A DNA stretch of 64,000 nucleotides from Octopus bimaculoides (Eukaryota): positions 13,373,837 through 13,437,836 of the forward strand of contig NC_068999.1 of the NCBI RefSeq assembly GCF_001194135.2, read 5' to 3'. A program made the position numbers and the translations under genes. This document shows positions 1 through 12,315 of this stretch, in pieces; position 1 is the stretch's first letter; each line of letters begins with the position of its first letter. The notes below the pieces were generated by a model. The model did no database searches and had not been told where the DNA came from. It saw only the letters and a list, made by a program, of their open reading frames with translations.

Positions 1-34
1 ATTCTTATTGTTGTTATTATTATTATTATTATTA

Positions 35-69
<35 letters not shown>

Positions 70-119
70 AATAATATTATTATTATTATTATTAATATTA
101 TCATTAATATTATCATTAA

Positions 120-195
<76 letters not shown>

Positions 196-257
196 AATAT
201 TATTATTATTATTATTATTAATATTATCATTAATATTATTATTATTATTATTATTAC

Positions 258-292
<35 letters not shown>
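1..292. repeat. (ATT)n trinucleotide microsatellite, imperfect
   Basis: Direct reading. It explains the poly-Leu ORF 8..376. It is the (TAA)n tail of the minus-strand LINE fragment to its right. Confidence 0.97.
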
Positions 293-293
<1 letters not shown>

Positions 294-659
294 GGCTCAT
301 TAGTTTGTTTTTTTTTATAACGTGTTTTCACTTCACTNNNNNNNNNNNNNNNNNNNNNGTGTGCAGTGCCCAGTAGTGCAATTTTCTGTATGTTATATAT
401 ATTTGTAAGTCCTGGTGTTTTTCTTATGTATTTGTCTGAATATTTTTTTAATTATACCTAAGGCACCTATTATGATAGGAATTGTCTCTGTTTTTAGATG
501 AAGGAAACGTTGTCATCTGCTGGTATTGATACATCAAATAGAAAGCATTTTATTCTTCATCATCTTTGATATCTATATCTGGTTTATTTGCCTTAATTCT
601 CTATCTGTGTGTATTGGCATATCCTAGAGTACGGTTGCTTTCTCGTTTTCTATGACCTT
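293..659 (-). mobile_element. R4/Dong-type non-LTR retrotransposon 3' fragment (restriction-like endonuclease domain plus 3' UTR), 5'-truncated and degenerate
   Basis: Minus-strand translation with frameshifts: KVIENEKATVL*DMPIHTDRE..ANKPDI.IKD.EE.KCFLFDVSIPADDNVS..LKTETIPIIIGALGIIKKYSDKYIRKTPGLTNIYNIQKIALLGTAH. This is the PD..D C-terminus of RLE-clade LINEs. (TAA)n lies on both sides. Confidence 0.85.
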
Positions 660-666
660 ATTATTA

Positions 667-708
<42 letters not shown>

Positions 709-760
709 CTATTATTACTATTATTATTATCATTATTATTGTTATTATTATTATTATTAC
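659..760. repeat. (ATT/ATC)n microsatellite
   Basis: Direct reading. Confidence 0.95.
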
Positions 761-2329
761 TGTATATTTACGCATTAACACGTATATGTCTTTTATATGA
801 CTGAATGTTTTGTGGAGTTCGCCCTATTAAACTTGAATATTTCGGATTGAAATAGAAAGCGGAAAGGAAAAAATATCTAATGTTACTGAAAGCGATAAAA
901 TACAAATATCTTGCATGCAATCATATAATTTTTGCAGCGGATAGACGTATCATTTCCTGGAAATAAAAAAAAAAAATGTAGATTCTTTAGAGGGAATTAA
1001 ATTAACACTCTGAAATTGCTTCGATTGTTTGATACTCTTGTGATCTCAGTCGATCCATGGTAGATGTGTTAAGTTATACAAGAGCTAGCTTTCAATTTTT
1101 AGATTGCATGCGATCTTTATTTAATCATATACTTCTGGCTACAGACAACGTTTTTAGATAAGAATACATAGGAAATACTCGAGGCGTAATGATCTGAATA
1201 TATGTATAATTAAGACAATACTGTCATTAACTGAGGACAATTTACCTGCACAAAGTGTTCTCTTAAATATTTTCAGTTTTTTTGCCGAACTTGCGACACC
1301 GAATTATGATCAGCAAACTCATATCACAGCAACTCTTCTAACAAGTGTGATACAACTTTGTAAAATCTTACAAAAACAGAGATTCACTCATATTCGTACA
1401 TATAATACCGAAACAAAATAGTTAGATAAATAGATTAATATAATGTATACACTTGTGTGTATATAGACATGCAGGCAAACGTACATAAATGCATGCATGT
1501 ATATACTCACAACCACTTATATGTGTGTCTCTGTGTGTGTGTTTTAGCTGTGTAAATAATAGCAAATATACTTGGATATATCGTATAACACATGTCCTTG
1601 TATCTCTTGGTTTGCCTATATATTTTCTGCGTATATAGGCAAATCAATCTGGCACAACGCGAGTACTGGTGTCCACGTAATTCAATATACTCCTCCCCCA
1701 ATTTCAGGTCTTGTGCGTATAGTAGAAAGGAGTTTTAATCTATTCTTCATAGTATGTATCTGTTTTTTTTTCCTTAAATATGTGTATGACTGCAAATACA
1801 GATATAATTCATTTCAGTTCAATTTTATTTTCGCGTCGACCGATGTGTACCACTCCTATCTGTTAACAAGCAGTAATATATCACAACATAGTGGAACCAA
1901 TCAATGCACACAAGTTGCCGTTTTCTATTGCTGCTAATCGCCAATTACTTATCTGTTTTTCCGTGGAAAACATTCAATCAGTAGGTATTGTTCTCATTTA
2001 GATAGATTTCTATAAAATGCCTCTAGTTGTGTTTGAATCTTGTGTATAAGTAAATTGTTCAATAAGATCATACGACTTTACTACACTCTTGAAATGAATG
2101 CCTGCGTAAAATTGTCATTTAAATAGGTATGTAATCCATGAAATGATATGCATTTTCCACCATTGATTACGTAACTGGATATTTATTAAATTATTATAAC
2201 ATGATTTGATACGTGCATGAGCTGGCCGCTTCATAGAGAATGAGGTTTGTATTAGGATAATTCAGAATTTATAGGAATCCTGGATTCTGTAATTATTTAA
2301 ACAAAACCAGGGGTTGAACATTTATATCA

Positions 2330-3330
2330 TTTTTCATTATAATCACTTTGCGTTTCTATGTATTTCTTCCTGTGATACATAACTTTATCTATTCCACCGG
2401 ATAAAAGTTTTGGCTGGTTTTGCACCCATTTATACGCTGCGACCTGTACATATTCGTCAATAGGAAATAGACGTTCACCGAATAGATGTTTGAACGATCC
2501 AAGCAGGTGACTGTCTGAAATGGCATGATTTCGTCTCTATACATGTTCGTCCAGCAACCCGAAACCAAATTTTGAATTATTCCAACAGTATTGGCTTTCA
2601 TGTGTAGCCGTGGATTGTTGTGCAACAATAATACATGATTTCTGTGTAACTCTCGGTATTCGTTAAGTTTTTCCCGTTTGGCAGTATTTCACTGTATCCC
2701 TACACTGGTGAGAATAAGCCCCTTTTGAAGTAAATTTTCCAGTATAAGCCATTTTGTATCCCAAACTTTTCTGCTGACATTTTAGTTTTAAATTAGTTTT
2801 TGGCTGGCGATTGCGTGCGCTTCCTACCAACACCATGCTTTTGGGATTCTCACTCAATATTGCCAGTGACTTGTCACTGCAAAACGAACTTTACCTTCAG
2901 CGTTGTAGTAGACGAATAATCGTGGAGAGATATCCTAACTGTTGCACTTATGTGCTTCGGTAAGCTCTATTAGCACCAATCTCGCATTGAATTTGCGGAA
3001 GCCAAGCTTGCCTTGGATGATTTCCCATACAGTGCCTTCCTGAATTTATGGAGAACATGATACGTCATTGGTGCACCAGAGCCATTTCTCAAGTGTTTCG
3101 AATATCCTCTTCTGTCGTAGAAGTCAGTGAGCTTCCTCTTCGTGTTTCTTGCATGTCCGCTTAGTTTTAATTTTCCTGATCCACCCAATACACACTTCGA
3201 GGAGTTAGAGCCCTGCCCCGCATTGTAGTGAAAGCATACGACAGATTTGAACCATTGACAAACGTTCGTAAATGTGAAACTGGAACATTGTTCCACGTCC
3301 TGCCAGCGGAATCATCCTATTTATTCTGTA
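2330..3330 (-). mobile_element. Degenerate mariner transposase pseudogene, near full length
   Basis: Minus strand with stops and frameshifts: TVWEIIQGKLGFRKFNARLVLIELTEAHK (WVPxxL region), LLLHNNPRLH (HDNARPH), AISDSHLLGSFKHLFGERLFPIDEYVQVAAYKWVQNQP...YIETQSDYNEK* (APSDFHLF...GDYVEK). Confidence 0.85.
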
Positions 3331-5167
3331 ATACATTGTATCTCTGTTTGCATGTGAGCTCTGAAGCAATTTTAAAGGAATATTTTGGAGAAAGTATGTG
3401 TAATGTTTGTCTTACTTTCATAAATTTCGTTATGATGATGTCACACCGCAACGTCAGATATATCTGAATATTTCACCGGCTATTCTAACAAAATAATTTT
3501 GTTTTTTTGCTTTGCATGTATATTATTACATTTTACCTTAATGTTACGAAAATTTGTTCGGACATACTGGCAATAAGTTCACATACATAGTATGACTTAG
3601 AACATCATGTTGATTACCATTAACCAGTCAGTTTCCACCATAGTATTTACTTAGCACCACTGTCCTTATGATTCTGACTAATTATGATATACAGTGCCTA
3701 TATAGGGGTGAAGTGAGACGAACACAATTTTAAATCATTAGTTCCTAGGTATGTTTCCCCATTGCAGAACATCTAGAGCCATTAATATATATATATNNNN
3801 NNNNNNNNNNNNNNNNNNNNNNNNNNNNNNNNNNNNNNNNNNNNNNNNNNNNNNNNNNNNNNNNNNNNNNNNNNNNNNNNNNNNNNNNNNNNNNNNNNNN
3901 NNNNNNNNNNNNNNNNNNNNNNNNNNNNNNNNATATATATTTGATTAAATGTTTCCATTACGCATACACACGCACGCACACTTAATAAAACACGCACACA
4001 TATACACAGAAACAGATGTGTATAAATATATTTGCCCGCTTTTTGTGTTTTATTTTCCTCAAATCGATTTGAATCTATTTCAATACTACACAGCAAAAAT
4101 GTATACCCTTCTACTCTAGATGTTGCCAGACTACTTTAATTTGATAAGGATATGCTTAACGTAAATGGACAGGTATATTTTGAGTGCAGATGATAGAAAG
4201 AGTGGCTGGGAATCTGTTATACAAAATCGTTGTGTAATTAAATATGAAATTCATTCTTTGAATAGAAATACTTGCAGCTATATCATAAACGAAACGAAAA
4301 CTATAAATAAGATTTTGTACGAATTTGCATTCAATTAGGTGTAACATGCATGTAAGACACACTACGAAAATAATATAGATTGTGATAGATCTGCACCAGA
4401 AATGAGTTGAACATTTCATGAAAGCTAACTAATGCAATTCATTCCAGTGAATATATGTTCGGTGAAGAAATGTTGGTTATTAGCCAGTCGATTAGATTTC
4501 ATGATGTTCCAAAACATATTTTTATATATGACAATGCTATTTTAATAGTGCTTGCGACATGTGATGCACAGTGTTTGTGAAATGTCTAATTCCTAGTGAC
4601 ACATACGAAATATTTATAACGTTTTTGAAGAGCATCTATTGCTGTGCTGAAGTCACCTGGATGAAAAAGGTGAATATAAGATCTAGAATGAAGTCCGTTA
4701 ATCACCAATCTAGAAGTGAGAAATAAAAACAAATATACAATTACCAACCAGGACGTTGATATGAAATTTAAATGTGAAATTCTTTCCTTTTATGTATTTC
4801 GATGAAGCTAAAATTAGCAACAATTTAAGAAGAAAGTATGCAACAACAATAGTATGTTAATCATTGCAACAATTTCTTAACACAGTTATGGATGTGATCC
4901 AGTTCGACATCAGAAGCAAATCTCAATAGAAAAGACATCATAGAAGTAAGTCATTTCTCTGATAAATCCGTCAGGAGGTTTTATAGTTATAGGTTGTATG
5001 TGGATATATCACAAAATCTAAGACAGGTGAGAAAGGTTTGGATGTCGCCCAACCCAAACATTATCATTTCCACTTCCTATTTCTTAGAGAAAAGCACAAA
5101 TAAGCCCGTTGTATCACGTCATCGTTCCTTATTCTGAAGAAATACGTTTGCTGGTGTATATAAATAC

Positions 5168-5199
<32 letters not shown>

Positions 5200-6431
5200 N
5201 NNNNNNNNNNNNNNNNNNNNNNNNNNNNNNNNNNNNNNNNNNNNNNNNNNNNNNNNNNNNNNNNNNNNNNNNNNNNNNNNNNNNNNNNNNNNNNNNNATA
5301 TATACGTACATACATTCATGCCATATACTGCGACGGAATCAGTGCAATGAAATTGAAGGAGGCTGCATGAAATCGCATAAATCGTTCCCGTTGTCTACGC
5401 CGGGGTAATCACGTAAAGAGGTCTACAAATCTCGGTTGAAAAAGGGGACATATACAGGAAATATGAATTCAATTTCAGTATTATGGCCACGTTTCCTTAA
5501 TAAACAATAAATATTACACGATTACCTCTTAATTGAGAGAATAGTTTTACGTTGAAGATCACTGTGTGTGTGTAGCTCTAAAACAGTGCAGATATATCCA
5601 CCGGTCCACAACAGTACAGAGAAAATTTTAAAAATTGAATAAATGTTTTATAATTGAAACCAGACACGATGGCAGAATAACCTAATGTTATGCAGAAAGA
5701 GAAATAGACTCTAGGCGACATTCACAATCGGAATGCAATTAAAAGTGTCATTCATCACGTTTTGCAATTAGAACACAGACAGGATAAGGCTTAATGTGCA
5801 ACTAACTACAGATAACCAAATGATTTAATTAGAAATATGTGCATGAGCACCAACGAGCGTGTTGGAAAAGGTTCCTCAAAAGGGTTGGTGTATAAATACT
5901 GGTAATATCATAAAGACAACACATCGCATATATCAGCACATATGTATGTATATCTATATATAAATTTAAATAATAGGGGTGAAAAATTGAATATTAATTT
6001 GATTAATATGAATTTAAACCAGTTGCCTAGCAAATTGAAAAAATCAGAATTTTGTTGAGAACAATATTTGTTAGTGGTCAGATCATAAGTGGTATTCTTG
6101 TAGCAAAATGGATATCCACTTAGTGGTCAACCCTTTATATATNNNNNNNNNNNNNNNNNNNNNNNNNNNNNNNNNNNNNNNNNNNNNNNNNNNNNNNNNN
6201 NNNNNNNNNNNNNNNNNNNNNNNNNNNNNNNNNNNNNNNNNNNNNNNNNNNNNNNNNNNNNNNNNNNNNNNNNNNNNNNNNNNNNNNNNNNNNNNNNNNN
6301 NNNNNNNNNNNNNNNNNNNNNNNNNNNNNNNNNNNNNNNNNNNNNNNNNNNNNNNNNNNNNNNNNNNNNNNNNNNNNNNNNNNNNNNNNNNNNNNNNNNN
6401 NNNNNNNNNNNNNNNNNNNNNNNNNNNNNNN

Positions 6432-6994
6432 ACTAGGTAAATTCAATTAGCACGTAGTGCATATACTATGAAATAAATTACACAGATGAAAGAAGGTTAG
6501 ACAGATGTGAGAGCAAAGATTGGCAGGTGCACATTCAATGACCAAAGAAAAAAAGCAACGAGCGTAAAAAAATCTTGCTAAAAACATTCAAAGCAATTAA
6601 TTAGTAATTTCGACTGAATAGATTCTTCATAATTAAATACAACTTAAATTTAGACAATTTGCATCGTGGAATTTTTATTATCTTCTGCTGGTGCTGTTTC
6701 AATCTGTCGTTGCTGACCTCTCACGTATAATAACAAATGTTTTATTTCGCCCGCTCTAATTAAAACATATCAACGATGCACTAGTTTAACAGTGTTGCAA
6801 AAATTGTATTAACCATTTAACGTACAGTAAGAATTAAACATTTCTTTCAGCATGTATAGCATTAGTGATAGGATATCATACGAGGGCAAAACGTGGTTTA
6901 CAGTACATCGATTCGGCATGAATCCGGCTAACTGTTGGCTCCCAATGACAGGAAGAGGACAGCTGAGGTGTATTGCATTGAAAAGTTTGCTCGG
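6432..6994 (+). repeat. Left arm of a ~570-bp inverted duplication (partner 9591-10165)
   Basis: The reverse complement of 9591-10165 aligns along the whole length, e.g. ACAGATGAAAGAAGGTTAGACAGATG and CAAAGATTGGCAGGTGCAC. The outer end runs into the N-gap at 6143-6431. Confidence 0.93.
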
Positions 6995-7300
6995 TATGAA
7001 TCCTTGTTGGTTACTGCAGACGAATTACTCGGACATTCGTTTCTAAAAGTGGTGTGTGTTCCCCACATCTCAGTTAAATATAGGAGTGGCTTTTGTTACC
7101 CATACATGGTTCATGATCCTAGTGAGATTTTGGATCATGTTCTCTCCGACTGCCTTCAGCATCTCCGCGGTGATACACCAGATTCCCACCAGAACAGCCA
7201 ACCAGGGATTTACTCCTATCTGAAGAAGCACCTGCGGGCTGGAAGAGACCCATTTGTATGTCGTACACCAGATAGCTGCCCGTTTTGATATCTCTAGAGA
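6870..7300 (-). mobile_element. Degenerate RTE-like LINE reverse-transcriptase N-terminal fragment
   Basis: Minus strand: ITAEMLKAVGENMIQNLTRIMNHVW and PSKLFNAIHLSCPLPVIGSQQLAGFMPNRCTVNHVL (GITAEMLKA and QAGF.P.RST.DHI motifs). Confidence 0.7.
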
Positions 7301-7560
7301 CTCAATATCACCTTGGACGAGGCAAGGAGTTGACAAGAGACCACCAGCAATAGAGAACGCAGTTCAATTCGGCCTGCTGTACGCATGATGATGTATCTGA
7401 GATGCATCTGGGATGTATCTGGGACAGTAAACTGGGGTGACACACATCCTCATCAAGGAGGTCCATGAAGCAATCAGCAAGGAGAATATCACAGTAGAAA
7501 ATATCTATGAAAAATGGCGTACTTATATCTGGAGACGACGGAAAGTTTAACATAACTCGG

Positions 7561-7595
<35 letters not shown>

Positions 7596-8849
7596 NNNNN
7601 NNNNNNNNNNNNNNNNNNNNNNNNNNNNNNNNNNNNNNNNNNNNNNNNNNNNNNNNNNNNNNNNNNNNNNNNNNNNNNNNNNNNNNNNNNNNNNNNNNNN
7701 NNNNNNNNNNNNNNNNNNNNNNNNNNNNNNNNNNNNNNNNNNNNNNNNNNNNNNNNNNNNNNNNNNNNNNNNNNNNNNNNNNNNNTCTATATATATGTGT
7801 ATATATACATATATATATCAGTATATATGCACATATATAGATATAGTATATATATATATATACATATATACATATATAAACATATATATGTAGGGATATA
7901 CTAACATTTCTGTACACTGCTTATTCTGTCATCAGATACAAGGAAAGTATCTTTGAAAGATCTACAGTGGGGAATTCACAGTTTATGAGGAAGAATGATG
8001 AGTAAAAGGAAATAGAATACAGACAGGGGAACAAAGTTCACTGTTCATATTTTTCAAAGGGTATGGAGGTTGGTCCATACTTCCCTCAAGTTATAGGCCC
8101 TTGTGATAATCACAGGTAAATGCAGGCAGTAATTTATGAGTTTGGATTGATGTATTGAAGTTGAAGTAAATAAGTGTAAATGTTCCACGTGTTTATATAG
8201 AGTGACGGACACATATATCAAGATAGAGAGCTGATTGTGAGTGGCGCGAAGTGAAGGAATAAGGAGAGAAAAGAAGGAGAAAGAGAGAGAAAAGAAACGA
8301 ATGAAGAAATGAGATACGTACGAGAAAGAATGAAAGAGAGCGAATTTAATGTAAAATCAAAAATCAAAATTAAGGGGAAAATAAAAGAATAACAATAGAG
8401 ATAAGATACCAGCATTATTCTTAGTAAATGGTTCAGGGTGAAAGTTCAGGCGTTAAACTTTTGGTACAGTGCAGAAATATATTTCCATGTATGAAGTGAA
8501 TTAATGAAATCTAAGTTAAATGTGGTCAGCTGTCACTAGGATGGCTAAAATTATATGCATAGCCTAAGGGTGTATATATAGGATAAAATTACAAATAAGT
8601 TGGTAAAGGATGCACATTAAGGAATGCAAATTTAAAGTTAATAATTTAAAAGTTAAATTAAACTTTTAAAAAATGAAAATTAAAAAAAAAGGCAAAAATA
8701 AATAAATCGAACTCGCTTCTAAGATACTTACGCTTATAGAGAAGAAAATGAGACGAACAATTTTACTATATTGTACCGACCGTGGATGCATAAACGAAAA
8801 TATCATTTCTGTTGAGTTTGCTACCTTTGGACATATAGAAGTATTTAAG

Positions 8850-9300
8850 GTGCGGTAGAATTTATGCTTGTATGTAAAAAGTGTTTCGCGTTGTTTATTT
8901 AGTAATTGCGGTAAAATATGAATTAATATTGACGGAATATTTCGGGTAGAGTCCACATTCGAACTAGGCCTGCCCTTTTTAAGGGACACCATAATTTATC
9001 ATGGCGTAGGATATCCTCTATGGTACTCTCCTATTATCAGATGGTATATGTGGTTGACTATGGGCGTTCATTTGTCGTGCCCTTCATATTTAAATGAGTT
9101 TAGACGTGCAGAATGTCTCTCTTTAAAATTAATAGTAGTCCTCGATGTAGAAATATCTAATAAATTGTGGACACTAGTTTTTTTTTTATACTACGTTAAA
9201 CTTTCTGCAGTGGGCTTGCCACGGGCTTTCGGTCCTGGGACAACAGTTGCAACTATCTGTTTTACTTTGGTTAGTTGTGGAGTGGGAAGATGTTGAACAA
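8850..9300 (-). mobile_element. Penelope-like element GIY-YIG endonuclease fragment, degenerate
   Basis: Minus strand: SCNCCPRTESPWQAHCRKFNVV..FYI..TTINFKERHSARLNSFKYE..IVNHIYHL..LLNKQRETLFTYKHKF. This matches the CNC..CP..G.C...VVY...YIG.T...FK.R...H...LN.R.EL...C.H pattern. Confidence 0.7.
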
Positions 9301-9344
9301 ATTATGGACAAGTTAAAGTTTAGTGTGATATTAGGATATTGGAT

Positions 9345-9400
9345 CGTATTATTATTATTATCATTATTATTATTATTATTATTATTACTATTATTTATTT
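9345..9400. repeat. (ATT)n microsatellite
   Basis: Direct reading. Confidence 0.9.
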
Positions 9401-9590
9401 ATTTTTTAAAAATCAATTGACATATCTCTTCTCAAAGGGTCAAGACGCGAAGCGCAATTTGATTGTAATAGAACTGTTATTGGTTGAACGATATTTGGGC
9501 AGTACATCTGCCTTTGTCAAGTTCAGAATAAGAGGTGATAAATATTGAAAATTATAGAAATTTATATTTAATGTATGAACGAGAGCAGCC

Positions 9591-10165
9591 CCGGGCAAAC
9601 TATTCAATACGATACGCCTCAGCTGTGCTCTTCCTGTCATTGGTAGCAGACGCTACCAACAACTAGCCGTGCTCATACCAAATATATATAGAGCATACCG
9701 TATTGTGTTCACCTATGATATCCTATCACTCATGCTATACATGCGCAAAGTAACGTTTAATTATTACGTTACATGAAATGATTAATAGAATTTTTGTAAC
9801 ACTGTTAAAGTAGTGCATCGTTGATATGTTTTAATTAGAGCGGGCGAAATAAAACCTTTGTTATTATAAGTGAGAGATCAGCAAACACAGAACGAAACAG
9901 CACCAGCATAAAATAATAAAAGAATCCAGGATACAAATTGTCTAAATTTAAGTTGTATTTAATTATGAAGAATCTATTCTGTCGAAATTACTAATTAATT
10001 GTTTTGAATGTTTTAGCAATTTTTTTTTTTGTCGCTCGTTGCTCTTTTTCTTTGGTCATTGAAAGTGCACCTGCCAATCTTTGCTCACGCATCTGTCTAA
10101 CCTTCTTTCATCTGCGTAATTTATTTCATAGCATATGCACTACGTTCTAATCGAAGATACCTAGT
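9591..10165 (-). repeat. Right arm of the inverted duplication (partner 6432-6994), including a second copy of the RTE RT fragment
   Basis: Plus strand from ~9590 reads PGKLFNTIRLSCALPVIGSRRYQQLAVLIPN, homologous to the minus-strand peptide at ~6900-6995. The rest matches the left arm at roughly 90% by eye. Confidence 0.93.
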
Positions 10166-10629
10166 ACAAATTGTCTGATTTGCGTTATGAGTGTTTTATA
10201 TAATAAAATGTAAAGAAATATTTTTTTGTTTTCCTCAAACGCGTGATAATGCTAATAAATAGCGTGATCAGGATAAATTATCCAAACATTACAAAAAAGT
10301 AAACTATCGGCTAGCCATGAGACTTGAACTCCCATCGCTGTGATTACGCAGTAAATGAGTTACCATTTTAGAGCTTATAAATTTAAGCTTTATAAGACGC
10401 TAAGTTCAAATTCAACTCACGATGAAAGTAAACAAACAATGTTTGTTTTAGGATCGTTGAGATATATTGAAAGGTACAGAAATAATTTCTTTTATTCTTA
10501 AACGCGTGATAATGCTAATGAATAGCGTGATCAGGAATAAATTATCCATAATATATATAATAATGTTTTTCCAATCAATTTTTCTAAAAGAAAACAACAC
10601 TTGCCCCCAAAACTGTTGAATTGACTTTG

Positions 10630-10790
10630 CAACTTAGTGAAGTACGCAAAAGGTACTTAATTTATCGACACCTAACGGATGAAATGCAAAGTCTACGTTG
10701 GTGGAATTTGAGCTTAGCCCTTACAGACAGACGAAATCGGAAAAGCGTTTCGCCCGGGGTGATAACGTTTCTGCTAGTTCACTGCCTTCC
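10630..10790 (-). mobile_element. SINE family B, partial degenerate copy
   Basis: GGTACTTAATTTATCGAC...GGATGAAATGCAAAGTCTACG..GGTGGAATTTGAGCTTAG; homologous to 10890-11098 and 20369-20545. Confidence 0.75.
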
Positions 10791-10889
10791 TTTTTTAAAA
10801 TATTAAAAACTTTTATTTAATAAAAATTATTATCATTTAACAAAGATACCAGAATGACTGTTTTATCAGCTGTGAATACCGAAACTTTC

Positions 10890-11098
10890 CTACTCTAGTC
10901 ACAAGGCCCGAAATGTTTGGAGAGGGGACAGTCTATAAGATCGAACCCAGTACGCAACTGTTACTTTATTTATCCACCTCGAAATGATGAAAGACAAAGC
11001 CGACCTAAGCGGAATTTGAACTCAGAATATAAAGCCAGAAGAACTACAGCTAAACATTTCGCCCGGTGTGCTAATGATTCTGACATCTCGCCGCCTTA
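10890..11098 (-). mobile_element. SINE family B (tRNA-like head), near complete
   Basis: Its reverse complement starts AAGGCGGCGAGATGTCAGAATCATTAGCAC.. with a B-box-like GAGTTCAAATTCCGC. There are several homologues in the window. Confidence 0.85.
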
Positions 11099-11299
11099 TG
11101 GAAATTACATAATTTAAGGTCTAAATTTGAGAGTATGCAGAAAAAGGAAAAACATGAACAAAACAACTGAAATCCTAAAACCTAGTCTCAAAAAATGAAA
11201 TAAATTAGATCATTCCTGGAGATAATAGCTGACTCAAATTGGCCATTCTTAGTTTCAACCATAACGTTAACACGGCTCCGTAACATACCGCATGCCTTC

Positions 11300-11420
11300 C
11301 TTACTGTGACCATGGAAAAATCTTCGAACACATCTTTGGTGTAAGCCACCAGCACGGTAGCTTAGATATGTCTTTCGCAAAAGTGTCTGACACAGTAATC
11401 GACGGAATTACAATTTCGGG
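11300..11420 (+). mobile_element. Possible highly decayed CR1/L2 RT fragment
   Basis: GKIFEHI..HQHG..LDMSFAKVSDTV..GIKG, resembling QHGF / LDF.KAFD.V / GI.G with large deletions. Confidence 0.3.
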
Positions 11421-12149
11421 AATCAAAGGGAGAGAATTGGTGGTGGATTCATTGAAATAGCCTCAGACTCAAATTTGATTGTCAGTGGGAATATGAAAAT
11501 GAGACGAATTCATATGCCGTAAATATGACCTTCTAGAAATAGTTCTAGATATATTTCTCAAATTCTGACTAATGTAAATTTGCTCTTTCAGATATAATTT
11601 TCCGGCTGAGTTCAGTATTGCTCAATTAGTGTGAAAAGAATTAATTCCAAAATGATAAATTGCGTGAATGGGAATTACATAGTCATTTCGTTATACATTT
11701 CTGGAAGCATCTTCCGCAGATCTGAGTTTACTGTATTGAAAAACATCTTTGAGGAGATCGTTGTTATTATTTAAATTGCTGAGATAGAAACAATTACAAT
11801 TTGATCGGTAATTTGCTATAATACCTGAAACAAATCTTCCAATTTTGTCGTCTGCCATCTGTGGATTCACTGGAAATAGGATTCAAGATTTTTACAGAAT
11901 TTCGTAAGGATTTTTTTTACAAATCTTATGGCGTATTTTGCACATTTTATTTTCCCAACACAAGAATATTACTCATATGACGACACAGTCAAAATTAAAT
12001 GTCCGCGTAAGAATATAGTTGTTGATGTGATTATGCATAATTGCTTAGCAGATTTAATGCGTCAGCGCATTGATTTCCATACTATCTATATCCACTGATA
12101 CATACACACATACACGCGCAAACGCACGCACACGCGTGCACACTATCTA

Positions 12150-12273
12150 TTTCACTCACACACTCATTCACCCACACACAAAAACCCAAACACACACACA
12201 TGCACACACTCACACACACATGCACACATACACACATACACACACACATACACACACACACATACACACACAC

Positions 12274-12310
<37 letters not shown>
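12150..12310. repeat. (CA)n/(TA)n compound microsatellite
   Basis: Direct reading. Confidence 0.95.

Positions 12311-12315
<5 letters not shown>

Noticed and set aside
5120-5160. CTGAAGAAATACGTT, resembling a hammerhead with stem II deleted
   Set aside because: Too little of the motif remains to support it.
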